Shown in pieces: positions 25,171 through 39,200 of a stretch of DNA of 64,000 nt (positions within the stretch are counted from its first letter, which is position 1; every line of letters starts with the position of its first letter). Both the position numbers and the translations under genes were made by a program. The DNA comes from Lama glama. Its lineage: Eukaryota. A model generated the notes under the pieces. That model was not told where the DNA came from and did no database searches. It worked only from the letters and a program-made list of their open reading frames with translations. The stretch spans positions 49,106,001 through 49,170,000 of the forward strand of contig CM052818.1 in the NCBI GenBank assembly GCA_028534125.1. The letters run 5' to 3'.

Positions 25171-25656
25171 TCTCCTAAAAATCAAATTTCTTTTTAATAG
25201 TTTTACGGGAAAACATACTACTTTTTAAAGATTTTTCAGTTTTTGGAAGTATCAGTTACAACAAAGCTGTTGCATTCCTCTCCTCACTGGAAGAACAAAA
25301 TGTAAGTATGTATGTCAGCTACTCAAGACAATGCGCTCCTTGAAAGTGATTTTTTTTTTAATTTTTGAGGAGCCTAACATATTAATATTTCTCTCCATAG
25401 AGTGACTATGAATTAAAACATCTCCAAATCACTTCAAAGTGACTCATTTCAATCAGTCCACACACTGGACTTCAAAGTTGGGAATTTAAATGCCTATCAG
25501 ATAAAATATCATTATGCCTTCATTATTTTCATCATTATCTGATAATGGGTAAAGTTCAGCCCAAGAGTCTCATCAAATTCCTAATTTGCCCAAATCTCCC
25601 AGGTATACCCTGGCAGAGTATACTGGAGCAAATGGGATGTGGCTAAATCACATGAG

Positions 25657-26175
25657 GACTGGATGAAGAAAATGTAGTATATCTATATATAATGGAATAC
25701 TACTCAGTCATAAAAAAAGAATAAAATAATGCCATTTGCAGCAACATGGATGGACCTAGAGATGGTCATACTAAGTGAAGTAAGCCAGAAAGAGAAAGAA
25801 AAATACTATATGAGATCACGCCTGTGTGGAATCAAAAAAAAGAAGAAGAAAAGAAAAAAGAAGATACTAATGAACTTACCTACAAAAACAAAACAGACTC
25901 ACAGACACAGTAAACAAGCTTATGGTTACCAGAGGAAAGGAGTGGGAAAGATCAAAATTGGGAGTTTGAGATGTGCAATCACTAACTACTATATATGAAA
26001 CAGATAAAAACAAATTACTGTGCAGCACAGAAATATAGATATATGCAATATCTATAACCTATAGCAAAAACAAATTTATATATTGTATGTATGACTGAAA
26101 CATTATTCTGTACACCAGAAATAGACACATTGTAACTGATTATACTTCAGTAAAATCAATCAATGAATCAATCAA
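25657..26175 (+). mobile_element. 5'-truncated lineage-type L1 3' end with a (TCAA)n tail
   Basis: MPFAATWMDLEMVILSEVSQKEKEKY (ORF2 end), 3' UTR ending gtaactgattatacttcagtaaaa, then aatcaatcaatgaatcaatcaa. Confidence 0.92.
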
Positions 26176-27574
26176 CCACACAGAATGACAGAGCCATCGA
26201 ATGACTCTCACTGGGGAACATAGTTTACTACAAACCCCAGGACTGAAGTCTGACTTTGCTTTCATCCAACGTATTTGGACAGGAAGAGGAAGCCAGCCCA
26301 GGACTGGCTTCCATTTAAGGTCTCCAGTGGTGACAGGAGAGGGGGCCCTGCCTCACCAGTGGCTGCACCGGGGCCATCTGTCCAGGCCCTCACTGCCTAA
26401 CCCAAGAACCCACTGAGCAACCCTGGAAAGCCCACGTGCCAGGGACCCCACAGCCCTGACCTGCAGCAGCATGCCACCGCCCAGCGTCATCGGGCTGGCC
26501 CTCTAGCGGACCTTTCTCTCTGCTCAGCTGGAGTCCGTGGGCAGGAGAAACATGGCTGTGCTAGGGCAGGGCGCGCCCTGCACTCCCGAGGGCCGAGGCT
26601 TTGTTCGGCCTGCATCCAGTGTGGGCCAGAATGCGCCGTTTACAGGCAGTAGGGGCACACGTAAAAGGAGTCCCTGGGAATTCGATTACAGCTTTTAGGT
26701 TTCTGTTTTTACTTTGCAATCTTGAGCCGCCTACAAATTAGATTTGGGGTTCCCAAGTGAGGGGATGTTTATTACGTTATTTCTCATACTGGCATCAGAT
26801 CCATGGGACAGCGAGATGGATACATGATCCTAAAATGCAACTTTTGAAGAAAAATCACCCCGTAGTTCCTCCTGTTGGGCTGCTGGTGATGCCTGGAGAG
26901 AGTCAGCAGTGTGAGTGGCGTTGATGGTGCCTCTGGGGCCGCCTCCCCCCTCTTCACACCCTCCCCCTTAACCTCATAAAGTTAACCAAGAAAGTGCTTC
27001 TGTTTCCAAACAACCCGTCCACTAACTTTTAAAGGGCAAAGTTATTCCTCTTACAAGCACGCATACTTCGAGGAGCTGCCTCTTCTAACAACAACAACAG
27101 CAACGAACCTGAGCACTTGTTACACAGCTGATTTATTGTGTGTCAGTCAGTGTTTTCTGCCGATTGCTGCTGTTCTCCTGCAATGAAACTGATGAAAGGA
27201 CAGAAACTGTGCAGGGTAACATCCTACAATATCAACACTGAATGAGCATATTAAAGCTTTAAATCAAGCACATCTATTAATTGCCAGTGTCTTCCTCTAA
27301 CAACAAAACACACTTAATTTTCTAGGAAGTTGTAGTGTTAGTGACAGTGTAATAATGTGGTTTAATGTGGCTCTGGTTAGAAATACAATGCCGCTGAGCT
27401 GTGGGTCAGTCCAGAAGCCTTGACTTCAGCTCAGGCCCCGGTCCTGGGGCTCACCTCCCGCCGGGAGAGACCAGAACCTACCTGAGGAGAGAGGCCCCTT
27501 TACGCCTTCCGCACATTTCTGCAGTTCTGAAGATCTGCAAAATACAGCATCGTGCATGGAAGATCTTGTGCTAT

Positions 27575-27612
27575 TGTTTTTTGTTTGTTTGTTTGTTTGT
27601 TTGTTTTAGTTT
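27575..27612. repeat. (TTTG)n microsatellite
   Basis: ttgtttgtttgtttgtttgtttgtttt. Confidence 0.85.
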
Positions 27613-28634
27613 AGGATTTCAAAGCTTATCTTAAAGACAATAATGCATTATGACAGATGTTCTAACTGACTGTGAGAGGAGGGAAAAAAATTAAAACTTT
27701 AGGAAATCACACATTGAAAGAAACAAAGGAATGTGTTTAGATCAAAGTAGTGACACTCGTCCCACAAGTCCACTTTAGAACGCTGTGAATGTGCTCAGGA
27801 CACCAACATACTCTCGAGTACTTTGCCAATTTGGAAGTATTTTCTTTTACTTTTCTCTTATCAAATATGTTCAGGTTGGTGGCGGAATGCTTCACATATA
27901 GAAACATGGGTTTTTCTTATTTACTGCAACTCATAATGATACAGATAGTTGAGGTTTTATGAAAGATTGAATCTTTGTGGATAAAGGGCCTTATGAAACA
28001 CAATTTTTTTTTCACATCTATGAAACAAAAAATTAAAAGAGCACTCAATTCAGGGGAGAAGTGCAAAACTATGAGACTACACCCAGTCACAGTCAAATAT
28101 CATCACGGTGGTTGGCGCTGAATCACATCATCCAGATTCTCTGACCCGCGTGCTGGTGGGGAAGGTATAAATGAGTGGGGAGAGTATCTCACACTAGTTC
28201 AAACTCTTTATTGCAAGTGACAGAAAACAGAGTCCGCTTCTGCGAAACAGTGAAAATAGTTATCATTTGTTTATGAGTAGGAAGAAAAAAGTGTTAAATA
28301 AATCCAAGGGAAGGAAATATTTAGAGCTGCTCCAGGGAGTTTGCTGGCCTTGACCCTTGAACTCTACCATTAATTTATCTAAGGTCCCAATTCCATGTCT
28401 TCATATTTCTCAGTGCAAACTGTGTTCAGACAAAAGGAGCATGGCTGAGTCTAGTAAATGGTGGGCTATGTTATGATGAAAACATAAGCGGCGAGAGCCA
28501 GAAAGTCCCCAGGAAGAGGGGCCCATCAGGAACTGGACGGGATGTCCGTGGTGCGAGCTCCTCAGCACGTGATGGAGGGGAGGGCGTGCCCAGCGTTCCC
28601 GGATTTCCTCCCAGGCCCTGTGACAGGACCACCC

Positions 28635-28790
28635 ACAGGCGTTTTCTTTTTCATCACAACATACTGCTGGGTCTTCCCCTGATTTTGATGTGAAGAAACA
28701 GAGGCTCAGGAAGGTGCCCAAAGCAACAAAGCTAGTGAGAACCAGAACCTGGACTTCAAGGTCGGGTCCACCTGACTCTCAGTCCTTCGA
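28635..28790 (-). mobile_element. MIR SINE
   Basis: attttgatgtgaagaaacagaggctcaggaaggtgcccaaagcaacaaagctagtgag core. Confidence 0.7.
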
Positions 28791-30249
28791 AATCCCTTCC
28801 CTCTCTCAGCACGGTGTTCTATGTTCTAGGAACCCAGACCCGGAACGCAGGGTCAAATGAGGGCCGCGTATCGACAGAAGATCGCTGTCTCTTCCCCTGG
28901 GCTGTCTTCAGAATGAACCCGAGACGGAAGCAGCAGAAGGTGATGTCGAAGAGCTGAGTTACGGGGCCAGACTCTCAGGACGCTTTGCTGGATGGGTTGC
29001 TTTGGCCACATTCATTTTCGCCAAATACAAAGTGGAGATAATGATGGTATTTGCTTGCAGGATTGCTGGATGAAATATACAAAATAACCTACGGAAAATG
29101 TTGACATCACTGCTTGGTGCTGGTGTATGCAGCTGCACATTTTATATCATTTTATTATTATTTTATGTATTATTATTTTTATTTGGCTACATCTATCAGC
29201 TTGAATAATTTGTTTTTATTCTTCATCTGACTTGCATTGGAGAGCAGACTTAGGAGCCCCCTTCAGCCTCACGTGTTTTCATCTGCCTTGAGGAGTTGTC
29301 GGGAGAGGAGCTTTGTTGTGAAGGAGACGCCCTTTCAGAACAGGGGACAGAGGATCATTAGAAATAATAATGGCAGGAGCATCCCATACCTACTACTTGT
29401 GTTATTTATTATTAAGGACATTAGTGATTGAACATTAAACATTTAGATAAACGTTTATGTTTGTCAGGTTCTCCCGAGACTCCAGGCGGTCCCCGTGTCA
29501 CTCACGTGAAGTGAAACTCGCAGGAAGGGACGGGGAAGAATTCCGAAGTTCCCTCGGTCGTCAGCTCGCTGAAGACAGGGACGAGGAGTCAGGCAGAAGA
29601 CAAGCGGCTTTCTAACGTGCAGCTGGACCCCAGCCCAGGGTTCCTGGATTCATCCCCACGTGGCTCTTCCTCAGGGAAGGTTTATTTAGACAGAGTCGCA
29701 TTTCCTCATCTTCCTAGTCCAGGCTTGACGTTCTCCAGGACATATTATTTGAGCTCGTGGGTTCTAACCACAAAGAACACTCACCTGCGGAGACTTCTCC
29801 TTCACAACCATCATCCCAGCTGACGTGCGAGGAGGCTGCCGAGCAAGGGCGACCAAATACGTAATGGAAAACACACACACACACAGTTTAGGATTTTCCT
29901 GCCTATGACAGAAAAGCGCTCCAAATGAGAATTTCAGGTGATCGGTAAGGTAACACTTCGGCGACTCAGGCCAGGCCAGGGTGTCCCCTCCTTAATGACA
30001 GCAGGTGGCCATTTACTCTTTATTCTGGTGAAGTGCTTTAACAAATGCACTTGTTACATTTTCCAAAACATCACAGGCTACAAATTAATTTCCTATAGCT
30101 TTACTAGATTTGTCTCATAATAACATTTTGTTGCTACAAATATGTGGTCAAATACTGAAATAAATGAGAACAAAGATTTTTTTAAAATTTATGACCAGGT
30201 TCTGAAGGAGATTGCATATTAATGAAAAGACAAAAGTTGAAGAACTTTC

Positions 30250-30910
30250 CACGGCCGTAAACAGCAGAGTGCTAATGTGCAGCACAGAGCACGTCTGTGT
30301 GTGCCCGTTATAAAATCACACATTAATATCCTCATTAATAGGAAAGTATTTTGAAAACACGTAAGTAAAATGTAGATAAAAATCACCTGTATTCGCTCCA
30401 GCTCAGAAGTTATTACAGCTATTGCCATAGGCACCATTTTGGGTCTTTATGCCTAGATTATATGAATGAGTTCAGAGTGTATAACCTGCTTTATAAGCTA
30501 TTTTTATTCCACGCTCTATCTTCATATGTGGCTACATTTATAAATATAATATAATCCTAAATAGCTGCATGATGTCTTATTTTAAGAATTTACTACCATT
30601 TTCTTCACCAAATCTCTGTTATTAAACAAGTATTTTGTTTTCAATTTCTTATTATTACAGAGTTGCAGCGAATATCCTTGTAAACACTGTGAATCTACAT
30701 GTAAATTCTTTGCTATCCTTAGGTAAGATCTCAGTAACAGAAGACCTTGCCATGCACCGGCATGATTAATGATTCCAATAAGAATGTCAAGTGGGCTTCC
30801 ATCGAGACGTCGGCCTCCCTGTCGGCAGTGCGTGGGGCGCCTGCTGCTTTTGCTCTCCAGTCCATGTTAGATCATTTCAGAAACACTGTCTGTTAGCTAT
30901 TTAAGGGGTA
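30250..30910 (-). mobile_element. Old L1ME-like fragment
   Basis: gttttcaatttcttattattacagagttgcagcgaatatccttgtaaacac. Confidence 0.5.
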
Positions 30911-30949
30911 AAAGTGCTGTCAGATTTTGCTGACAAGCTTTGCTGGTAC

Positions 30950-31104
30950 TACGCATGTGAGTTCCTGCGTGTGTCCTGCACAGACGTGCCGATGTGTGTA
31001 CGTGCCTGTGTGTGCCTGCAGGGTCTCATGTGCACGCGTACTTGGCTGCATGTGTGTGTGCATTTGTGCTCGAGCACCTGTAGGTATGTGTGTATACACA
31101 TAGA

Positions 31105-31137
<33 letters not shown>
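30950..31137. repeat. TG-rich degenerate repeat ending in a pure (TG)n run
   Basis: Direct inspection; pure run at about 31107-31137. Confidence 0.85.
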
Positions 31138-31138
<1 letters not shown>

Positions 31139-31808
31139 GTGGGTTTTGCCTAGATTTGGGAAAGAAAGGGAAGAAGAGCTTATATTTGAATTTTCAAAAT
31201 CATGAAGTCCTGGAAACCTATCTCTTCTTTTACAAACGACGTTCTCAAGCCTGCAGGCGCCTCTTGTCTTCCGCTCCCCAAATCCCCACACAGGACGGGG
31301 CCTCCGTCCCTCTCCCCCAAGTTCCCCGGAATCTTCTCTAGTGAAGAGCAAGGCAACCGTCCTAGTCTCCCCTGTTTCTATCCTCCTGAGCTTCCCCACA
31401 GTCAGCAAAATTAAGGCTTACGTAAGTTATTAGAAAGTTGTAAGAATGTCATAAATTTCAAACTCCTGCCATCATAAATGCATATTTTAAAGCCCTGTTG
31501 GATTTATTCAATTAAATCATTACCTCGTCTCACCTGACACCCTTTTCATAAATAAGCATTCTCATCGTTTCCTTCTCATTTTAAATGTCGTCTTGCCAGA
31601 AGGGCTGGAATGACCAGGAGAAGGGATGGCTGGAATGCTGCCCCCTACGCCGGCTTTACAGACCTTCTCCTGAAAGCGGGTGCTCCGTGGGCCTTTTATA
31701 AATGCGCAGGCCACGGGCAAGTTCCAAGGCTCTGGCTTTTGGGTAGGTTGCCCGCCAGGGTTTGGTGTACAGGTGTTTGGTTGTGTGGCCATGTCTGTCC
31801 ACACGAGC

Positions 31809-31811
<3 letters not shown>

Positions 31812-31839
<28 letters not shown>
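31812..31839. repeat. (TG)n microsatellite
   Basis: Direct inspection. Confidence 0.9.
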
Positions 31840-33199
31840 CCTCCAATGTAATAATGTGCTGAAACCCAAGCTCTGGGCCCCAAACCCACCCGGAGCAGAC
31901 TCTGGAGCACAGAGCAAGCGCCTCCCCACAGAGCGCTGGGCGGCCTTGTCTGCCACTCTCCCTGCAGGATTTGCTGGGGCTAAATTCATATTCACGTAGA
32001 AGCAGTTGTTTGGCTCCAAGACCTTCCCCTCTGAGGCTGGCAGCCTATGGACTGGATTCTGCTTAGATCCTTCACCAGCCGAGGGAACAGCAGGAACCTT
32101 TTCATGCCGTGTTAGCCAGCTCGTGCCCTCCAGGGGGCCAGGTGACGGGCTCACTCTGTATTGTATGTTGGTAATTATCCAAACACAGGATGACAGGCCT
32201 TCAGGTGGGTTCCCCCTCCCCCGCCCATGCAGAAATTCACAGGCGTGTTCACTTGTGCTCACATCTCAGTTTTGTTTGATCTCTACCTGCCTTTTGTGAG
32301 TTTCAGAGTCTTCCTTCCCTCCCACCTTGCATAAGCACACGTGTCCGTAGAAACGAGTGTGTTACGTGTGGCAGAACACGGCTGCTTCTACGTGGACGGC
32401 GGCCACTTCCAAGCCTACGATCGCCGGCCACGCAGACAGGTCACCCGGGAGCCAATCCTGTCATGGTGACGGGTCAGTCACCGAGTCTGATTGTGCTGTA
32501 AGCACATCTTTATGGAAAATTCTTATTCAGTCACTAAGGAGCAGATATAAGGAGACTGATTTCCCCGAAGCATCAGTGTGGCCACATCATTTTCTACCTC
32601 AAATGCCTCGAGCGGCGTGCCAAGGCTCAGACGCCCGACTGGAGCTCAAAGCCCAGGATGAAGAGGAAGCCGTCCTTGCGCCTTCCCCCCCCGCTCCCCG
32701 CCACTTTCACAAGCCTCGCGCCCGCTGCAGTCACCTGCCTGTGCGCCTTCACCCGGTGGCTGTGTTTTTCTCCTTGTTCACGCTCACGTTTGGATTCTAC
32801 ACATCTTTCTAAGAATGCTCCGAGTGACCCTCCCGCCAGAGAACCAGGGAACCTCGGGGAGCCTCTGCTTCCTCTCCTGTCAGGCCAGCGGCTGCCCTTC
32901 CTTCACCCACAAGCACACTTCACTCCTCACAGCCCCATCACCACGTCGCTCCGGTGCCAGGCCACGCTGAGAAGTGGGGTGGAGACAGGCTCGGGGCTGC
33001 CTTTGACTCAAAGCCCTGCTATGTTGAGGCTTTATAATGTCTTTGCACTACATAAATCTTCCCTAAACTTGGTCCTTTCTGTGAAAAATGGGATAATGAC
33101 CACTGTGGCGGCCACTGCTGGTTGGTGGCTCCAATCCTATTCAGAAGTGTCAAGGCTAGAGAACTAAAAACTGTATTTTTCAGACTAATTGAAGCAAAG

Positions 33200-33552
33200 A
33201 TTCTAGACGTATTGTCACTTCTGCCATTCAGACTGACTTGGAATGCTGGATTTGCAAATGGATCACGCCTGGTGGCGGTGGCATGCGAGACACCCATTCT
33301 GCGACGTGTGCCGGGAGCTGCTGGCCGCATTATGGGCTCAGGGGTCAGCCGCGACGTCCCGACACCGCGGGGCCAGTGGCTCCCCAGATGGCAGGTCTAG
33401 TCTGCACATTATCGTGTTCGTCAGCCTCGAAGCTTCGGTCTCGACTGCTTTTCTTCAGTCCTTCTGACAACCGGTAGCCTACAATAAATTCTTTTTTGCT
33501 TAAATTAGCAAGGATGGGTTTCAATCTATGTGACTGAAACCAGGGACATAGA
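33200..33552 (+). mobile_element. Old ERVL/MaLR-type LTR (LTR33-like)
   Basis: LTR 3' motif aataaattcttttttgcttaaattagcaaggatgggtttc..tgactgaaaccagggac. Confidence 0.5.
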
Positions 33553-35776
33553 ACGATTTTCCAGAATGCTTGTGGCAACTAAATGAACGAATACTCTCAC
33601 CTCTTACAATAACCCTTTACAGACAGAGAGCGCATTGCCTTTTTCTCAATTAAAAATAATCTTACCTTGCTAACCGCACGTTTCTCAGCTGCGGGACATC
33701 CTGACACGCGCTCGCTGAGGATAAAACCAGGGCTGACCCATCTCACCGCTGTTCTAAGCACCCGGCACGACACACTTCTGCATGCCTGGTGCCCACGGAT
33801 GCATCTGAATCAGGTAAAGGGCGATAAGGACTGTTTTCCGCACGACTGATGCATTTTTTAACTAATTAAACTGCCACGAGCCACTGTAAGTTCTGGCATT
33901 TTTCTGAAGAAGAAACAGAGAAAACCTTGTTGCTAGTCTTGATTTTCTTTTAACCTCAATGACCAAGTGAAAAGCTAAAAATGCGATGTGCGCAGCTTGG
34001 TTTTAATTCGCTCACACTGATCGCCTTCTTCGCTGATGGTACCTTTCAGGGACCGGGAGAAATGAGCACAACCATTGTTTGCCTTTTGTCTTAGGAGCTG
34101 TGGTCTGAAGCCCCACCTTTAGACTCTCTGTGTGAAACGCCAGAGGGCCTTCCTACAGGGGGAGCGTGTGCTTCATTTCAGGGTGCAAAGGAGAACAGGA
34201 GACCCTGTCGACACAGTGGCCCTCGTGAAATTCCACCAACCGTACCCCAAGCCTCATGTGCTCGTCTTCCTCACCTCCTCGGGGCGGAGTTCACCGGCTT
34301 ACGTGGAGCTCTTGGAAACACTGGTGGAAGACAGACCCAGTTCCCATTTGCTTATGATGCTTTGAAAAGAGTTATTCGTTGCCTTTATGGGGATGAGCCT
34401 CTGTCTTCCCACTGAGCCTCCGCACCGTGCCTCCAGACCGATCAGCATCTAGTCCCTCCTCCCACCCCCGGGCCCCCAGTGACCCCGTCTGACCCAACTG
34501 AAATTGATTTTGTTGTTGAACTCCTGGCTGGTGCAAATTAATCTCAGATCCATACGAGATCAGGGAAGCAAGACAGAGAATACAAAGACCTCAAGTACTG
34601 GGGGAAAATTAGTTCTGGAGAAGGCATTTTAAGTTTGGCAAGATAAATGTTCACAATGACTTGCTTTGATAGAACATCTGTAGGAAGGGGAAGAGGCGGA
34701 CGGGGCCTCTCGGAGAAAGGCTGTAATTTAATAGCCTAATTTCCTGCCCGGTCCTGCAAAAATATCTGCCTGTGCCTGACAGCTGATGAAAATCACCCCG
34801 GGTTTGATCTGGTCCCTCGTGCGGGACAAGCCGAGACCCATCTTCCCTCAGACTCAACAAAGTGGTGCTTAGCGGCAGGAAGGTTTCTGCCTTCTCTTTA
34901 TGCAACGAAAATTTGGTGATTTTGCTCAGTGTATCCCCGACCCCCAAGTGGGATCGGCCCTGCCTGTCTGCCACGTGAGCCCTGCCTTCGTGCCCCTTTC
35001 AGTGGGGGAAGCGGTCTTGCTCTGGGATAGCCTGTGCAACTTGCTGCTTCCGCTGATGCACAAACGCAGCTGCGTTTCCTGACAGCTGAAACAGGGGTCT
35101 CTCTCTCTAAGGGGCCCCCTCGCCCCAGTCTAAGCTCTGCTTGGTGTCTGAGCCTCCCCCGCAGCCCCTGAGACACCTCCAGGACACAGTTTCTGACTCT
35201 TACAGAGACTGATCTAACGAGTTCTCTAACGCACTGACCTAATTTCCACTGTTCGCGTGGCCTCCCTCTGAACAGCGCACCCTTTGACTGGCCTTGGAGA
35301 AATCTGACGCTCGGGGTCCTGCTGCCCACACTGGATTCCGAATGCTCCCTGATTCCTGATTCCCATGCTGAACACCACAGCCGGTCCAACAGATGCGCGT
35401 GTGCTCATGGCCCTCGCACGCTTCTGACCCTGGAAATGTCGTGGTTAAGGTAGTGAATTCTGAAGTCACTGTTTTATCAAAATCAGGGCTCCTCTACCCC
35501 CATAATCACCCCAAGTTTCATCTTCACACCAATGCTGCCACCCTTTTTTAAAATCTTCGCTCTAACAGTTTTTATACAAATAAATTTTCAGAAAACTTTG
35601 AGTACCACTAATGCCAGCCACGTTATAACGAAAATATGATGGTGCTGGGTTTTAGTGTCTTTAAACTTACTTGTTTTATAATAATGTTTAGCCGCAAAAT
35701 ACCAATGCTTTAAAACTTACCTTTTTAAAATTAATAAATTTATTTTAGCTGAAAACAAAATAAGATATCACCTTTT

Positions 35777-36232
35777 CTTCTTTGTTTTATTGAAGTACAG
35801 TCAGTTACAATGTGTCAATCTTTGGAGCACAGCACAGTGTCCCAGTCATGCATATACAGACATATATTGTGTTCATATTCTTTTTCATTAAAGGTTATTA
35901 CAAGATATTGAATATAGTTCCTTGTGCTATACAGAAGAAATTGTATTTTTTATCTATTTTATATGTATAGTAGTTAATATTTGCGAATCTTGGACTTCTA
36001 AATTTATCCCTTCCCATCCCTTTTCCCCCGGTAACCATAAGATTACTATGTCTGCAAGTCTGTTTCTTTTTGTAGATAAGTTCACAGTGTCTTATTTTTT
36101 CTTTTTTTAGACTCCACATATGAGTGTGATCTTATGGTATTTTTCTTTCTCTTTTGGGCTTACTTAGAATGATGATCTCCAGGTCCATCCATGTTGCTGA
36201 AAATGGTGTCATTTTATTCTTTTTTACAGCTG
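35777..36232 (-). mobile_element. 5'-truncated lineage-type L1 3' end
   Basis: ttttattgaagtacagtcagttacaatgtg..tccaggtccatccatgttgctgaaaatgg; possible decayed TSD gatatcacctttt / gatgttacttttt. Confidence 0.92.
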
Positions 36233-39200
36233 ATGTTACTTTTTAAAATGTTTAATATAATCTTTTGCCAAAGATAAGATGTATACATGAACTTTAACAT
36301 AGTTGAAATCATGGTGGCAAATCTGCTCTTTTCTTAGAACAACATTGTAATTAATTTCTAGTCTTCTATGTGGATTTTATAATAATAATTTTAATGTATT
36401 GTAATATTTCATATTCTATTATTTATAGTATTTAAAGGGCATATCCGTTGCATGCATTTGTGTTTCTATTAAATGATTAGTTTTAAATAAATTCTAGGAG
36501 TTCATTTTATGGATTGTAAAAGCGTACAAAGTAGACAATTCTTGCTCTTTGTTGACTTTTTTTCCAAAAGAATTACATCAGTTTGCAGAGCCACCCACAC
36601 AGGCCACCTGTTTGTGCGTGTGTGTATGTGTGCGCACACACAACCAAACTGCATCCATTTATACTGATCCTAAAAAAAAAAAAAAGGAATTTGCAGTACC
36701 TTCGAGACTTCTTATATGTAAATGCTCCACAGGGCATTTCAGAGGATTATTGCTCTGTTCAATCTTCCACCAGTGGAAAAAAATACCTTAAATGGAAGAG
36801 CTCATGGTACTCGGCAGGGAGGGGGATCCGGAATAAAACCTACAATTCGTGCCCAAGCAATTCTGTGGTGTTATTCAAAGAAATAATCTCGTTGTCTATA
36901 AAAACCAAGCGTGACCTCTGACTCTAATTCGCTTGGGTGTATTTATTTATGCTTTTAAATAGGTTACCTATTAAGTTCATCCTAAGGGTATTTTAAGAGA
37001 ATGACATGAAAACATGTGAACTTAAAGACACATTAGAACTCCTAGGAAATTGGTAGAATGTGGAAATGAGGCTGTGACAGAACTATTTGAAGAAGAAAAA
37101 AGTATTTTTCAGGCTCCCGGAATTCTGCATAAAGTTCTCTGAGTTATGGAAGGTTCTTTCTGCCTCAGAGGTAGTCACTGGATTAAATGCCAAATGGATC
37201 TGCTTGATTTGAGAGGTTCCGTGGAAGTCTTTTAAAAACAGCCAAGTAATTAAGGCTCATTCTTTAATCCAGAAGCACAGTAATACAAATTAAGCAAGCA
37301 CGCTTCACCAGCGGATGAACGTCTGTGAGCGCTCCATCCATGGGCTTGAAAATCAGTCCAGGGTTGGGGTGGGGAGGCTGCGATGCTCTGTCTTCCGGCT
37401 ACTCCACCATTTTTCTAAGACGAATCTGAAATTCAGGGCTCTGTTTCCTTGCCGTCAAGGTGTGTGTGAACGATGCTTCTGACTTGGGCTCTCCTTGATC
37501 AAACTCCGGGATGAAGTACTAAGCGGATTAGTGGAATTGCCCCTAAAGGCCTAGGGTCCTTGATCAGAGGAGGAGCTCCCCGTGAGCATGAAGCAGTTCT
37601 CACAGACCCAGAATATCTAAAGAGACGCTGAGAAGGGTGATCAGTTACTGTCTGGTTACTAATTGGTACAAAATATTAGGAATCTATAATGCGCAGTGTT
37701 TACTGATTTCACCAGGCAAGCAGGCTGTGCTGACTTGGTCACGGCGAAGCCTTCGGAGACAATCAATACTGCAATTACAGTGTGTGAGGACACAGCAAGG
37801 AGGAGGGAGGCATATTAACTGGTTGTAAATGATGTCTCTCTGGTGTCTCTGGAACATTTCCCAAAACAATTACAGCTCATTTTCCTACGTTGTGCTTCAC
37901 TCTGCAGACGCAGCATATAAATCAGATGATTATCTAATTGGATTTGGATTCTTTCAAAAATTGTTAAATTTGCAACTTCTTCTCGCAGTGTGCTTGGGAG
38001 TCACAACACATGAGATGAATGGTTGGGAGCATAGAACAGAGCGTCTGTTATGTTTAACTTCGGGAGCAGAGAGGCTGAAGGGCAGTCAGGTCTTTCTAAC
38101 CTGGATGGTAAGATCAAGTGAAGGAAGCGCCTGCCAACAAGAAGAAAGAAAAGGTCACTGTGGTCCCATAAAAGACCCGCTGAATTAAATTTGCATACAG
38201 TTAAGAATTACCTCTCTGTTATTTTGCAATATCGCCAACTAACATTATACTCTTTAAAAAGGTTTTATTTCAGCATTGACTAGAAGATAGAGTTTTATTT
38301 GACCTTGATCAGTAAGACACTTTGGGACTGACTTTCTGGTTCAACGTAAAGAGAGCTGGGGGACAGGCCCTGGGTTTGCCCCACCCCAGTCCCAGGGGAG
38401 CCGCTTCAGCCCTACCCGAGGACGCAAAACTAACCTGAGGCCACGTCGTCCACACGCCAGGATTAAGCCCAGTGACGCGAAGCTATAGACTGTTGTTACC
38501 ATTGTGGTTGCTTGCTTCACATTTAAATCCAAAAATTGGCATTTTCACACCGTGGGACAAGGGTGGGGGGTGCCCGGGAACACAGTCAGACGGCGTCAAG
38601 TAGGAACTCACGTCTAACAGGTGCACAGCATCCCCGAGCTACCTTCCCGCTCACAGCCAGGCCGCTCGTCACGTGGCCGGGAACCCTCTGTCCCTGGGGA
38701 CCACAGCATCTTCAGACGCCTGCCCTCACTGTCCTGCCCCCTCGCCCTCGCCCGGACCTCTGAGCGCCTGTAAGGCAGAGATGAGCCCGCCTGGCGCTAA
38801 GGCTCCCGTGACAGATTCATTGCATTTCCCGACTCAGGCCTCATTGACCCTCAGACCAAGGACCGCTGATGCCCAGAATTCCGCTGGTTCCTCCATCTGT
38901 AATTCTGATGTCTGGGTTGCACAGGTCGTTAATTACATAATTTTTCAGTCGTGGGGAATCATGAAGCGCCCATGAAACTACTGAACTGGCCTTGGCGCAG
39001 TTCCCTCCCTCTACCACACACACAGCAGGTGAGTTTCTGCAGGTGCGCTGGGTTTTCAAGGTAAACGGAAGGGACCTGTGTGAGCAGCCGGCCTTCCCAG
39101 GACGCAGGACGCAGACAGGACTCCTGCCTGTCTGTCTCCGTGCTGCTCGCTGCCCTGGGGTCTCCGTGTGTGCACAGGAGCCCGTGGAAGGGTGCGAGTG

